DNA of 64,000 nucleotides from Myxococcota bacterium (GTDB lineage Bacteria > Myxococcota_A > Polyangia > Nannocystales > Nannocystaceae): positions 32,001 through 96,000 of the forward strand of contig JBCCHT010000020.1 of assembly GCA_039028615.1 (NCBI GenBank). The letters are read 5' to 3'. Position 1 is the stretch's first letter; the number at the start of each line of letters is the position of its first letter. Of the stretch, positions 36,358 through 45,889 are shown in pieces. The position numbers and the translations under genes were made by a program. The notes beneath the pieces were generated by a model. The model was given only the letters and a program-made list of their open reading frames with translations, was not told where the DNA came from and ran no database searches.

Positions 36358-38490
36358 TCAGTGCGCCTGCGGATCGCCGCCGTGCCAGTAGTCGGCGCTA
36401 TAGACCGTCACGCCGCCCGGCGGCGTACTGAATGCGGTCACGCGCATCTCCAGACAGCGGCCACCGATCTCGGAGCCCTCGAGGCGAACCGACTTGCGCG
36501 GGTCATAGCTCATGTCCGCGCTCACCAGCACCTCGCCGCCGCCCGGGGGACAGGTATCGTAAAGACGCGCCACGACGTCCGAGACCCCGTTGAAGTCGTC
36601 CTCGGACCAGGTCACCGCCCACTTGTACTGCTGCACGGCAGGGCTCTCGGCCACGGCATCACCGACGGTCCAGCTCTTGGTCTGCCCTTCGACCAAGTGT
36701 TCCGACCGCCAGCCCCAACCCCACGGCGCCGTGAGGCTGTCGTTCGACGGGAAGTGGGCCTTGATGCGCCCGAAGCCCGAGGTGTCCGACACCCCCGTGT
36801 TGCGATCCGCCGACTGATCGTAGTCCCACTTGTCGCCCAGCAGCAGCAGGTTGACCATCAGGGCGTGGGCGTCTTGCACGGGGCCGTTCCACTCCATCGC
36901 ATCGAAGTGATCGCGCATGTTGGCCGCGATGGCAGCCACGATGGGGGACGCGACCGAGGTGCCGCATTCGGAGCTCGTGGCGTATCCGTTCACGCCGCTT
37001 TGTGGGAACCGCACGGCACAGCCCGGGGCCGCCAAGTCGACCGCCGCGGCCGTTCGCTGCGGACCGTCGTGGATCTCGATGGCAATCCCGCCGCGGCTCG
37101 AATCCGTGCGCAACGACGCATCGTCGTAGTCGACCGTCGTGTCGGTATCGAGCGCCGCCACCGATACGACGTCGGGATGATTGGCGGGGTAGTTCACGTT
37201 GCAGCCAGCGCCGTGACCTTCGTTGCCCGCCGCCGAGACCAGCAGCACGCCCGCATCCGCGGCGTTGGCCAGCGCCTCGTTCATGCACGAATAGTCGGGA
37301 TCGCAGAACGTGCTCGATACGGCCCGGAGGCCAAAGGACATGTTGATCACGTCGACCTCGTCCAGCACCGCCTGCTCCACTGCCGCCTCCAGGCCCTGGC
37401 AGAAATTCGAGCCCGCGTAGTAGTAGATCGACGACTCGGTGGCGATCCCGCTTCGCTGCTCGCGTTGAATCGTGTTGGTGATGGAGGAGTCCTGACCATC
37501 GGTGAGATCACCGCTGGCCAGCGACGCGACCAGCGTGCCGTGGCTGCCGTTGGGAGCGTTCATGGTCGTGGTGCTGCACCCGCTCCCGTCGCAGTCGTAG
37601 TTCTCGGCGATACGGCTCAACGTGGACCAGTTCACGGTTCGCCAGGCGACGTGATTGCGGTTGATCCAGTTCGACCCGTTGTTGAGCTCGATCACCCCCA
37701 CGCGGACCCGCAGCCCGTTGGCTCGTGCGCCCGTGAAGCTGTCTCGGCTCGCCGCCAGCAGCTCGTTCGCCAGCGTGTTGTTGCGGATGTCTCGACCGTC
37801 GTAGGTGGCCAGCGTCACGCCCTCGGCGTCGAGTTCGATCTCGGTCACCTCGGGGAGTCGGCTGAGTTCCTCGACGCGGCCGGCATCGATCTCCACCAAC
37901 ACGTGGCTGGAGATCCAGCGGCGGCCGAGCACGGTGCCGCCCAAGGCCTCGATGCGCGAGCCGACGCGAAGCTGCACCGGCTCGAGTCCCGCTCGTCGCT
38001 CCGCGATGGCCTCGCGGCGAGCCTCGCCCGTGCGCCCCTGGAAGCGGTGAAAGTCGGTGGGGGGCGCATCCACGGAGACGAGCAGGCTCAGGCGCTCGGT
38101 GGGCTCGAGACTCGCGGCATGGGCCACCGCGGTCTCGGTGGGGCTGACGGCCAGGCGGGGCGACTCGGGCGCGGCCCCATGTCGTGCGACGCTGGCGGTC
38201 AGATCGGTGGGCGACCACGGCACGACCCGCGCGGGAGCGAGGCCCATGGAGCGCGCTTCCCCGCGGTCATCGACCATGACCGCCTCACCACGGCCATCGG
38301 GGCTCTCGAAACGCTCGACCGGATGCTCGGGTCGCTCGTGCTCTTCGCCTTCATCTTCCAACTCGACCAGCGTGACTTCATCGATGGACTCGCTCAGCTC
38401 GAGCTCGGCGTCGAGGCTGGAGTCCTGGGAGGCGGTGGTGCACGCGGCAAGGCCGACGAGCACCGACAATAGGTGGCGGTGATTGTTCAT
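36358..38490 (-). CDS. S8 subtilase lipoprotein
   Basis: Lipobox LAAC; VGVIEL, HGTLVA, VINMSFG, AAGNEG, DLAAPG, GTSVASP. Confidence 0.9.
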   Translation of the reverse strand: MNNHRHLLSVLVGLAACTTASQDSSLDAELELSESIDEVTLVELEDEGEEHERPEHPVERFESPDGRGEAVMVDDRGEARSMGLAPARVVPWSPTDLTASVARHGAAPESPRLAVSPTETAVAHAASLEPTERLSLLVSVDAPPTDFHRFQGRTGEARREAIAERRAGLEPVQLRVGSRIEALGGTVLGRRWISSHVLVEIDAGRVEELSRLPEVTEIELDAEGVTLATYDGRDIRNNTLANELLAASRDSFTGARANGLRVRVGVIELNNGSNWINRNHVAWRTVNWSTLSRIAENYDCDGSGCSTTTMNAPNGSHGTLVASLASGDLTDGQDSSITNTIQREQRSGIATESSIYYYAGSNFCQGLEAAVEQAVLDEVDVINMSFGLRAVSSTFCDPDYSCMNEALANAADAGVLLVSAAGNEGHGAGCNVNYPANHPDVVSVAALDTDTTVDYDDASLRTDSSRGGIAIEIHDGPQRTAAAVDLAAPGCAVRFPQSGVNGYATSSECGTSVASPIVAAIAANMRDHFDAMEWNGPVQDAHALMVNLLLLGDKWDYDQSADRNTGVSDTSGFGRIKAHFPSNDSLTAPWGWGWRSEHLVEGQTKSWTVGDAVAESPAVQQYKWAVTWSEDDFNGVSDVVARLYDTCPPGGGEVLVSADMSYDPRKSVRLEGSEIGGRCLEMRVTAFSTPPGGVTVYSADYWHGGDPQAH

Positions 38491-38566
38491 TGGGGGCTTT
38501 CTCGACGTTGAAGGAGTCGCCGTTGCGGTGACTCGCTCCTAGGACGACCTGCGCCCGCCGATCCCC

Positions 38567-41416
38567 TCAGGGCTTTTTTGAATCGCGATGACGTCGAAGC
38601 ACGCGCCATCCCGCCGCCGCGATTCCCAGGCACAACAGCGCCGCGCCCACGAGCAGCCAACGTCGCCACGGCCACCACCACGGGCGCGGGACCAGCACCA
38701 AGTCGCCTCGGCCTACCACCACCACGCCAGCCCATGCCGCCGTCGGAGCCCCTTCGGCGATCATGTCGCGCTGCGCCAACGCCAGGGACGCGGAGAGCGA
38801 ATGGCCTTCGTCGAGGTGGGAGTACAGCCGCGAGAACAAGGCCATGGCGTCGGCATCGGCCAGGGCCCAGCGGCTCGCCACCACCGCCTGCGCCCCGCTC
38901 TGCAAGAAGGCCCGCGCCAGGCTCATCACCCCCTCACCGCGTACGAAGGCCCCCGAGGCGCCGCTGCAGGCCGACAGCACGACCACCTGGCCATCGAGCG
39001 GAAGACGGACGATCTCCCGCGCCTGCAGCAGACCGTCCTCCCCGTCGCCGCCCGGGGTGAGCACCACCGCCGAGCGCTCGGGCTCCTCGGCGTCCATCAC
39101 CGCATGGGTCGCAAAGTGCAGCATGCCGTACTGCGACAGCTCCGAGGCCTTGAGAAACCGTTCGCTCGCCGAGTCACCGACTTCGGCCCGGCGCGGCTCG
39201 GCGTTCCACAGCTCGGTGATGGTCTCGACCTCCTGGCGAGCCCGCGGCAAGGTGCCCAGCTCGACGCCATCCTCCAGCGTGCCCGCCCGCCACGATGCGT
39301 TGCCCGGCGACGGCTGGATCCGCGGCGCCATGGCCAACAAGCCAGCGGCCGGAGCTTCGGGCCGGGCCCGCCAGTCCATCCAGCTCGTCACCGAGGGCAC
39401 GACGGAGATCGAGTAACGGCTGGCCAGGGGAGGAGCGGAGGGTCCGTCGCTCAGCGCCGAGAAGGGCAAGGCCCACAGACCGCCGTCGGGCACGATCACC
39501 AGGCGCTTCACCGCGGGATCGAGCTCCGCCAGCGCGGGCGCGACGAGCTCGCGATGAAGCTGAGACAACGCGGGACGCTCACTCCCGTCGCGGCGCACGA
39601 GCAGACCTTCGATGAAGCCGAGGGAGCCCTCGATGGCCCGACGCTCGGGAATGGGCACCACCCGCACGTCGTCGCGGGTCATCGTCCAGACCCACGCACC
39701 ACCCTCGGGTGCGCCCGAGAGGTTGCGCTCGTCGGCGAGCTGGTAGCTGATCAGCGCCTCGTCGGGGGCCAGCGCAGCTCGGACTTCGTCGAGCCCGGGG
39801 AACCGAGGCAGCAACAGCTCGCCGATGCTCCTTCGGCCGCGATGGAGGAATCCCCGCCGCACCCGCTCGCGCCGCTCGAGCTTCACGAGGCGGTCGAGGG
39901 CCTGTGCGCGCGGCTCGGCCTCGAGCGCGGGCGAGAGCAACGAGCGCTGGAGCACGGTGATCTCCTGCAGCGTCGATCTCCAGCGCTGCTCGTCGGGGTC
40001 GAGGGTGGGCTTCGGGTTCGCGTCGGCGCGACGCAGGCCGTCGAGCAACGAGCGCGCCCGCAGTCGCTCCATCGTCCCGAACGCCAGCGCCAGATCGGCG
40101 CGCGTACGCTCGGGCGCCGCCAACAGCGAGCCCGCGAAGAAATAGTAGCCATAGGCAGACCGCCGCATGGCCTGGCTGCGATCGTGCTCGTCGGTCTGGA
40201 GGTCGCGCAGCAGCTCGACGTCGTCGAACAGCCGCTGCGCCCGCGTCGTGGCCAACGCACGATCCCCAGACCGCCACGCCGCCACCGTCCGCACGAACCC
40301 CGACAAGATCCGCGGCTGACGATTGCCGGAGCGCCGCGCCTCGACATCGACGGCATCGCTCAGCGCCCGCCCCTGCGCGTCTTCGCCTTGCAGCAGCAGA
40401 TGCAAGGCCCGCCACGCCTCGGCCTCGATCCGGTATTGCGGGTCATCGATCTCCGCGCACCGCCCGTAGGCCGCCACCGCGTCTTCGTGGTGCCCCCGCG
40501 CGCTGGCCAGGCTCCCTTCCAGACACCACAGGCTGGCCGCCGTGTTCACCTGCTGCGCCCGAGCGGCCAGGGCATGCGCGGCGTCGAGGCGCTCGCGGAG
40601 CGACGCGGGCAGGGGTCCGTCGCGCAGCTCGATCGAGCTCAGCTCGAGCTCGATCAACGACGCCGCAGCGAAGGCTTCGACATAGGCATCGTCGTGCTCG
40701 CGGGAAGCCTCGAGCATCTGCTGGTAGTCGGCTCGCGCCCGCCCCGGCTTGCCCAGCCGCTGCCACAGCTCGGCCCGCGCCCGCAGGCCGTGCATGACCA
40801 CCGTGTACGAGCCTTGCTCGGCGGCCCGAGGAATGCCCGCGTCGTACAGCGCCCGCGCGATGATGAGGTCTCCGCCCCCGCGCAAGATCGTAAAGCCCAG
40901 CTCCACCTCGCCCGCCGCCTGCATCTCGGGCATGCCCGCCGCCTCGCCCAGCTCGATCAAGCGCTCGAACGCACGCTCGGCCTGCGCGTACTGCCCCAGG
41001 GACCGCGACCACTGGCCGTAGTTGGCCAAGAGCGTGGCCTGGTCGGCCACGTCGGCGTCGGGCGGAAAGGGGTCGACCAGCTCGGCCACCAGCCCCACCG
41101 CCCGACGCATGTCACCGCGATCGGCCACCACCGAGGCGAGGCCGAGCCGCGCCCAGGCAGGCCCCGACGAGCGCTCGACCAGCGCTTCGAGCTCGCGCTG
41201 CGCCTCGTCCCAGGCTTGGTCGCGCCGCGCCGCTTCGTAAAAACACATGGCGTCGGCGCGGGACAGCGGCTCGCTCGCGGCGGCAGCTCGGCACGCCGTC
41301 ATCGCGTCGGCCGAAGGGGACTCGACCGGCGCCGCCCGAGCCGAGCCCGAGGCCCCGCACACCAGCGCCAGCACCAGCGGTGCCGACCGACCCAGGCGAG
41401 ACCCACTCGAGTTCAT
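38567..41416 (-). CDS. TPR-CHAT (caspase-like clan CD) protease with signal peptide and C-terminal TM
   Basis: N-terminal signal (PLVLALVCGASGSARA), TPR-like helices, LVIVPDG, HFATHA, VLSAC, GEGVMSLARAF, VVASRW, C-terminal TM and basic tail. Confidence 0.9.
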   Translation of the reverse strand: MNSSGSRLGRSAPLVLALVCGASGSARAAPVESPSADAMTACRAAAASEPLSRADAMCFYEAARRDQAWDEAQRELEALVERSSGPAWARLGLASVVADRGDMRRAVGLVAELVDPFPPDADVADQATLLANYGQWSRSLGQYAQAERAFERLIELGEAAGMPEMQAAGEVELGFTILRGGGDLIIARALYDAGIPRAAEQGSYTVVMHGLRARAELWQRLGKPGRARADYQQMLEASREHDDAYVEAFAAASLIELELSSIELRDGPLPASLRERLDAAHALAARAQQVNTAASLWCLEGSLASARGHHEDAVAAYGRCAEIDDPQYRIEAEAWRALHLLLQGEDAQGRALSDAVDVEARRSGNRQPRILSGFVRTVAAWRSGDRALATTRAQRLFDDVELLRDLQTDEHDRSQAMRRSAYGYYFFAGSLLAAPERTRADLALAFGTMERLRARSLLDGLRRADANPKPTLDPDEQRWRSTLQEITVLQRSLLSPALEAEPRAQALDRLVKLERRERVRRGFLHRGRRSIGELLLPRFPGLDEVRAALAPDEALISYQLADERNLSGAPEGGAWVWTMTRDDVRVVPIPERRAIEGSLGFIEGLLVRRDGSERPALSQLHRELVAPALAELDPAVKRLVIVPDGGLWALPFSALSDGPSAPPLASRYSISVVPSVTSWMDWRARPEAPAAGLLAMAPRIQPSPGNASWRAGTLEDGVELGTLPRARQEVETITELWNAEPRRAEVGDSASERFLKASELSQYGMLHFATHAVMDAEEPERSAVVLTPGGDGEDGLLQAREIVRLPLDGQVVVLSACSGASGAFVRGEGVMSLARAFLQSGAQAVVASRWALADADAMALFSRLYSHLDEGHSLSASLALAQRDMIAEGAPTAAWAGVVVVGRGDLVLVPRPWWWPWRRWLLVGAALLCLGIAAAGWRVLRRHRDSKKP

Positions 41417-41423
41417 GGCTCGA

Positions 41424-42122
41424 CTACCGTATCGTGGCGATGAAGGTCTCCGACACGATGCGGCGCCCGTCGGACCGTACGGCCTCGACTCGCCACAACA
41501 GCCGGGCGTCGTGGGGAATGCTCACCACCGTCTCGGCCGCGATCGAGTAGCGAGGCTCCTCGAGGGCCAGCGACTCCACCACGACCTCGAGCTGGGGCGT
41601 GCGCACGAACAGCTCGTAGCGCACGGCATCGGTCACCTCGGTCCACTCCAGCGTCGGGTCGGCCCGCGTCACGTCTCCGTCGCCCCGGATGGCCGAGATC
41701 CCCGCTTCGGCGCCCCGCAAGGTCCCCGCGTCGTCGGAGTACGGCTCGATGCCCCCGCGCGGCCACGCCAACACCAGCAGCACTGCGGCGGCGAGCAGAG
41801 CGACGACGGGCACGAGCCGCACGATCGCCGCCGGACGAGGGCCGCGCTCGACCCCCTGCAACGGCGACTTCGTCCGCGCGGAGTCCTGCTCGGCAAAGGC
41901 CTCCTCGGCAAAGGCCGCGGCCAAGCGCCAGTCCTCGGCCAACGCGGAATCGTCGGCCATGCGCTCGGCCAGTCGCGCCACCGCGGCCGGCTCGGCGTCG
42001 CCGTGGACCGCCGACCACAGAGCCTCGGCATCGATCTCGTCGTGATTCGACCGCGGCGGTCGCTCGGCGAAGGCCCGAGCCAACGCCTCGTCCGCAGCGC
42101 TTCGTTGCTCGATGCGGCTCAT
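41424..42122 (-). CDS. Putative single-pass anti-sigma factor
   Basis: ATGA overlap with the ECF stop; helical N-domain, TM (LVPVVALLAAAVLLVLAW), TLRG motif, beta-rich outer domain. Confidence 0.72.
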   Translation of the reverse strand: MSRIEQRSAADEALARAFAERPPRSNHDEIDAEALWSAVHGDAEPAAVARLAERMADDSALAEDWRLAAAFAEEAFAEQDSARTKSPLQGVERGPRPAAIVRLVPVVALLAAAVLLVLAWPRGGIEPYSDDAGTLRGAEAGISAIRGDGDVTRADPTLEWTEVTDAVRYELFVRTPQLEVVVESLALEEPRYSIAAETVVSIPHDARLLWRVEAVRSDGRRIVSETFIATIR

Positions 42123-42661
42123 GGCGCCCATCCTTTCGCGGCCAGGTGCTCGCGCAGCTTGGCCAAGCCGCGGTAGACCATGTTCTCGGCTCGCTTGGGC
42201 GGCCACCCCAGCAGCCGACCGATCTCCGGCACCGAGTGGCCCTGCAGGTAGAGGGTCACCGCCTGACGCCGCGCCTCGTTGAGCTGCCCGAGTCCCTGGG
42301 CAATGGCTCCCGACAGCTGCGCCGACTCGGCCCTCCGCTCGGGGCCCAGCGCCGCCGCGTCGACGGGCTCACCCCCTTCGTCGCTCGCTCCCGAGCCCAG
42401 CGAGACCTCCCGCTTGGCACGAAGCCGCCGAACCTCGTCGATCGTCGCGCTATAGGCCACCTTCCACAGGTACGAGGAAGGCAGCTCGCGCCCGTCCTCG
42501 TTGCGTTCGCGGGCCCGGACCACGCGGAGCATCGCGGCTTGGACGATGTCCTCCCGATGCGCGGCCGCCCACGGGGGGCAGGCGCGAGCCACCACGCGCC
42601 CGAGCTTGGCCCGCAGCGCCTCGTCGTCTTCACGCACGATACGGGGCGTGGATCGACCCAT
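42119..42661 (-). CDS. ECF sigma-70 factor
   Basis: REDIVQAAML, SYLWKVAYSATIDEVRR, GHSVPEIGRLLG...NMVYRGLAKLR; start uncertain. Confidence 0.88.
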   Translation of the reverse strand: MGRSTPRIVREDDEALRAKLGRVVARACPPWAAAHREDIVQAAMLRVVRARERNEDGRELPSSYLWKVAYSATIDEVRRLRAKREVSLGSGASDEGGEPVDAAALGPERRAESAQLSGAIAQGLGQLNEARRQAVTLYLQGHSVPEIGRLLGWPPKRAENMVYRGLAKLREHLAAKGWAP

Positions 42662-42904
42662 CGGAGCATGACGCGGCCGAAGCCGTCGGACCGATGTGTC
42701 ACGGGCATGAGGGGAGGTCAAGACGTGCGGCGCTCGGCTCGGCGGACACCCAGGCAGACGCAAGGCCGACGATGATTCGAACGGCCCCGGCGTCACGAGG
42801 CAGCCTCGTGAACGTGGGTTGGCGCTACGAACGCGGGTGCGGGGGCGGGCATGGTCGCTCCCTCCACTTACGGAGGCCGCGACCCGATCCCCTCACCCGC
42901 ACCG

Positions 42905-43822
42905 CTAATATTCGATGACCTTCTTCTTCTTCAGCGCGACCAACGTTCTGGACAAGGTCAGGTCGTCGATCTCGCTGCGGTCGAGCACGTTCCACCAGCC
43001 GCCCATCTCGACGATGTCTTGCACGAGCTCGAGCTCGGTCTCGTCGAGTTCCTTCCAGCGCACGGGGCTGGGCTTGGCTAGCGCGACCTTGGCTCGGGGC
43101 TTGGGCAGCGGGTTGCGCTTGGCGAGCGCGGCCATCTCGTCCTCTTGGCGAGCGGCCTCCATCAGCATGTGCTCGAGCGACATGCTGATCTCCTCGGGCG
43201 CCTCGTCGATGGCTTCGCTCTCGAGCTCGAAGCTGCCGCGCTTCCACAGCAGCATGCGCAACAGAGCCTTGGCCGGCTTGAGCTCGTCGGCCCCCGAGAT
43301 GGAGGCGTAGAAGACCTGACCCGAGCGCAGGTGCAGCGCGCCGATACGGTCGTCGGGATCCTTGACCTTGAGGGTGCCCGTCTTGCGACTGGTGGCGAGC
43401 CACTGCAGCACGTCGACCAGCGGGATGTCCTGGATGCTCCCCGCCATCGAGCGGTTGGAGACATCGGCCGAGCCCTGGCTTTTTTCGCCGGCCCGCGTCT
43501 TGGACAGCGAGTCGGGGTCGCTGCGCACGACCCGAGCCAAGCTCGAGCCAATGGCGATCCGATCGCCCTCGCGCAGACAGTGCCGCTCGACCGCTTCGCC
43601 ATTGACGACGGTTCGATTGCGGGAGCCGAGGTCGCGCAGCCAGATCCGACCGCGCGCGGGATAGAAGCGGACGTGCTTCCGGCTGACCGCGTCGTCGGCC
43701 AGGATCAGGTCGACCTCCGAACTCCGTCCGGCGATGTAGCTGCGTCGGTCGTCGAGGGGAAAGTCCTGCCCCTCGTAGCGTCCGGACACGAACTTCAAAA
43801 CCGTGACGAGGCCGTCGTCCAT
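42905..43822 (-). CDS. FHA domain plus DUF4388 (PATAN-like) protein
   Basis: GRSSEVD...VSRKH...DLGSRN (FHA); MAGSIQDIPLVDVLQWL...KTGTL...LMEAARQEDE (DUF4388). Confidence 0.88.
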   Translation of the reverse strand: MDDGLVTVLKFVSGRYEGQDFPLDDRRSYIAGRSSEVDLILADDAVSRKHVRFYPARGRIWLRDLGSRNRTVVNGEAVERHCLREGDRIAIGSSLARVVRSDPDSLSKTRAGEKSQGSADVSNRSMAGSIQDIPLVDVLQWLATSRKTGTLKVKDPDDRIGALHLRSGQVFYASISGADELKPAKALLRMLLWKRGSFELESEAIDEAPEEISMSLEHMLMEAARQEDEMAALAKRNPLPKPRAKVALAKPSPVRWKELDETELELVQDIVEMGGWWNVLDRSEIDDLTLSRTLVALKKKKVIEY

Positions 43823-44153
43823 GCTCGGTCACGATACGCGGACCGCGGACTTCGCGTCAACGCGACTACACGGTGTTCCACGGCGGAACCGGGCGTATTC
43901 GACCGATTCTGCGGACCTGCGTCGGCGTGTGATCGGGATCGCCAGCTCACGGGAAAAAAGTGCCCTCCCTCGGACGGGAAGCCCCCTATCGACGATGGCC
44001 ACCAAGTGCCCTCTACGAGCCGAAACCCAGCGTTTGCCGGACCTGATTAGGGGGATGCCCCCGATCGCGGAGTGTGCGCGATCCGGCCGCCCCGGGGGGG
44101 ATCCACGTCTTGCTGGCTCCTACTTCACAGTGAAGACTGTTCTCGTGCCGTCG

Positions 44154-45794
44154 ATGAAAATGGGTTGGAAGTGGTGGGGAGCCGCGGTCGTTGCCGCGGG
44201 CCTGAGTGTGTTCACCGGATGTGCCAACCAACGCGCGACCACGGGATATGAATCTGGCGGCGCCTATGCCAACGCCGCCCCGCGCACGGTCATCGCCGAG
44301 CCCGGCGCCTACGATGGAATCTACGTCGAGCAGGTCTACGCCCAGACCGGCGACGAGGGCATGATCGGCTACGAGCAGCTCTCCGACGGCACCGAAGTCC
44401 AGGTCATCACCTACGTCCACACCTATCCCGAAGCCATCGAGACCTACCCCAGCGTGTGGTGGTCCGGTCGCTGGTACTACAACGTCAACGGCGACTTCGT
44501 GTACTACAGCGCCGACCTCGGGCAGTGGGTCTACTACTACGGCCCGCCCGCGCCGCTGGTTGCGTGCTGGAACGGCTACTACCCGTACTCGCCCTACTAC
44601 TGGGGCGTCGGCTACTACGGCTCGGGCTGGTACTGGGGCGGCGTAGGCGTCTACGGCTATCACGCCTACGGACTGCCCGTCGCGCACACGCACCACCATC
44701 ATCACAACCACTGGAACGATCGCCCGTCGCGTGGCGGAGGCTCCGGCAACTCGCGCCCGAGCACGGGTGGGCCCGTCGGCGACGGACCGAGCCCCGGTGG
44801 CACCACCGACAAGGGCCCGCGTCGCACCAAGGTCGCCGACGCCAACCAAGGCGACCCCCGACGGACCCGCCCCGCGGGCAACCCCACGCGCAACAAGCCC
44901 GATGCGCCGTCGCGGGCCGAGCCCGGCCGCACCAAGCCCAACGAGGGCGGCAGCACGCTCGCCAAGAACGAGCCCACGCGCAACAAGCCCTCTGCCGACG
45001 CACGCAAGGACCCGAACACGGGCGGCACCAACCTCGCGCGCACTCAGCCCACGCGCACCAAGCCCTCCGATACGCGCAAGGACCCCGCCAATAGCGGGCC
45101 CACGCGCAGCGACTCGGGCACGGCCACGCTCGCGCAGCGCCGTCCCACCGAGACCGCGCCGGCCTCGAGCCGCACGCCCAAGACCCGCGGCCCCTCGCGC
45201 TCGAGCTACACCTCGTCGGCGGGCAACAAGGTCACCGTGGTCAACCCGCCGACGCGCTCGCGACCCGCTCGCTCGTCGCAGACCTTCACCGCGGCCAAGG
45301 ACACGACCTTCCGGGCACCGCCGCGCCGCACCAGCGCACGCTCGCCCAGCTGGGGTCAGACCGTCGCGGCCCCGAACCGCAACGCCGCCCCGAGCCGCAG
45401 CACCGCGCCGAGCCGCCGCGCGTCGCCCAGCCGTAGCGCTTCGCCCAGCCGCAGCGCGTCGCCCAGCCGCCGCTCCACGCCGACCTTCGGCTCGAGCCCC
45501 AGCCGCAGCTCGGCCCCGAGTCGCAGCGCTGCGCCCAGCCGCTCCCGCGCCCCGTCCCGCACCACGCCATCGCGCTCCAGCCGGACCCCGTCGCGCAGTC
45601 AGCCCAGCCGGTCGATGCCGAGTCGCTCGCCCAGCCGCAGCCGCACCACGCCGACGCGCTCGCCCAGCCGAGCCACCCCGTCGCGCTCCCCGAGCCGTAG
45701 CCGCACGACGCCCGCACGCTCGCCGAGCCGCTCCAGCCCCTCGCGCTCGCCCAGTCGATCCGCCCCCAAGCGCTCGACGCCCAAGCGACGCTGA
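44154..45794 (+). CDS. Lipoprotein with a Tyr/Gly/Trp-rich domain and a long basic Ser/Pro/Arg-rich tail
   Basis: Lipobox FTGC; YYWGVGYYGSGWYWGG region; His run; many PSR repeats. Confidence 0.8.
   Translation: MKMGWKWWGAAVVAAGLSVFTGCANQRATTGYESGGAYANAAPRTVIAEPGAYDGIYVEQVYAQTGDEGMIGYEQLSDGTEVQVITYVHTYPEAIETYPSVWWSGRWYYNVNGDFVYYSADLGQWVYYYGPPAPLVACWNGYYPYSPYYWGVGYYGSGWYWGGVGVYGYHAYGLPVAHTHHHHHNHWNDRPSRGGGSGNSRPSTGGPVGDGPSPGGTTDKGPRRTKVADANQGDPRRTRPAGNPTRNKPDAPSRAEPGRTKPNEGGSTLAKNEPTRNKPSADARKDPNTGGTNLARTQPTRTKPSDTRKDPANSGPTRSDSGTATLAQRRPTETAPASSRTPKTRGPSRSSYTSSAGNKVTVVNPPTRSRPARSSQTFTAAKDTTFRAPPRRTSARSPSWGQTVAAPNRNAAPSRSTAPSRRASPSRSASPSRSASPSRRSTPTFGSSPSRSSAPSRSAAPSRSRAPSRTTPSRSSRTPSRSQPSRSMPSRSPSRSRTTPTRSPSRATPSRSPSRSRTTPARSPSRSSPSRSPSRSAPKRSTPKRR
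45388..45790 (+). repeat. Intragenic degenerate SPSRS coding repeats
   Basis: Recurring cc(c/g)agccg(c/t) units encoding PSR. Confidence 0.75.
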
Positions 45795-45830
45795 GCCCCC
45801 GCCGCGAACGAACGCGGCCCGCTCCAACGA

Positions 45831-45870
45831 CCGGCCGGACCCTCTCGAGGGCCCGGCCGGACTCGTTTTC
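45831..45870. terminator. Possible terminator hairpin between convergent genes
   Basis: ccggccgg-a-ccc-tctcga-ggg-c-ccggccgg followed by actcgttttc. Confidence 0.45.
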
Positions 45871-45889
45871 GGCGACCGTCAGGCGACCG

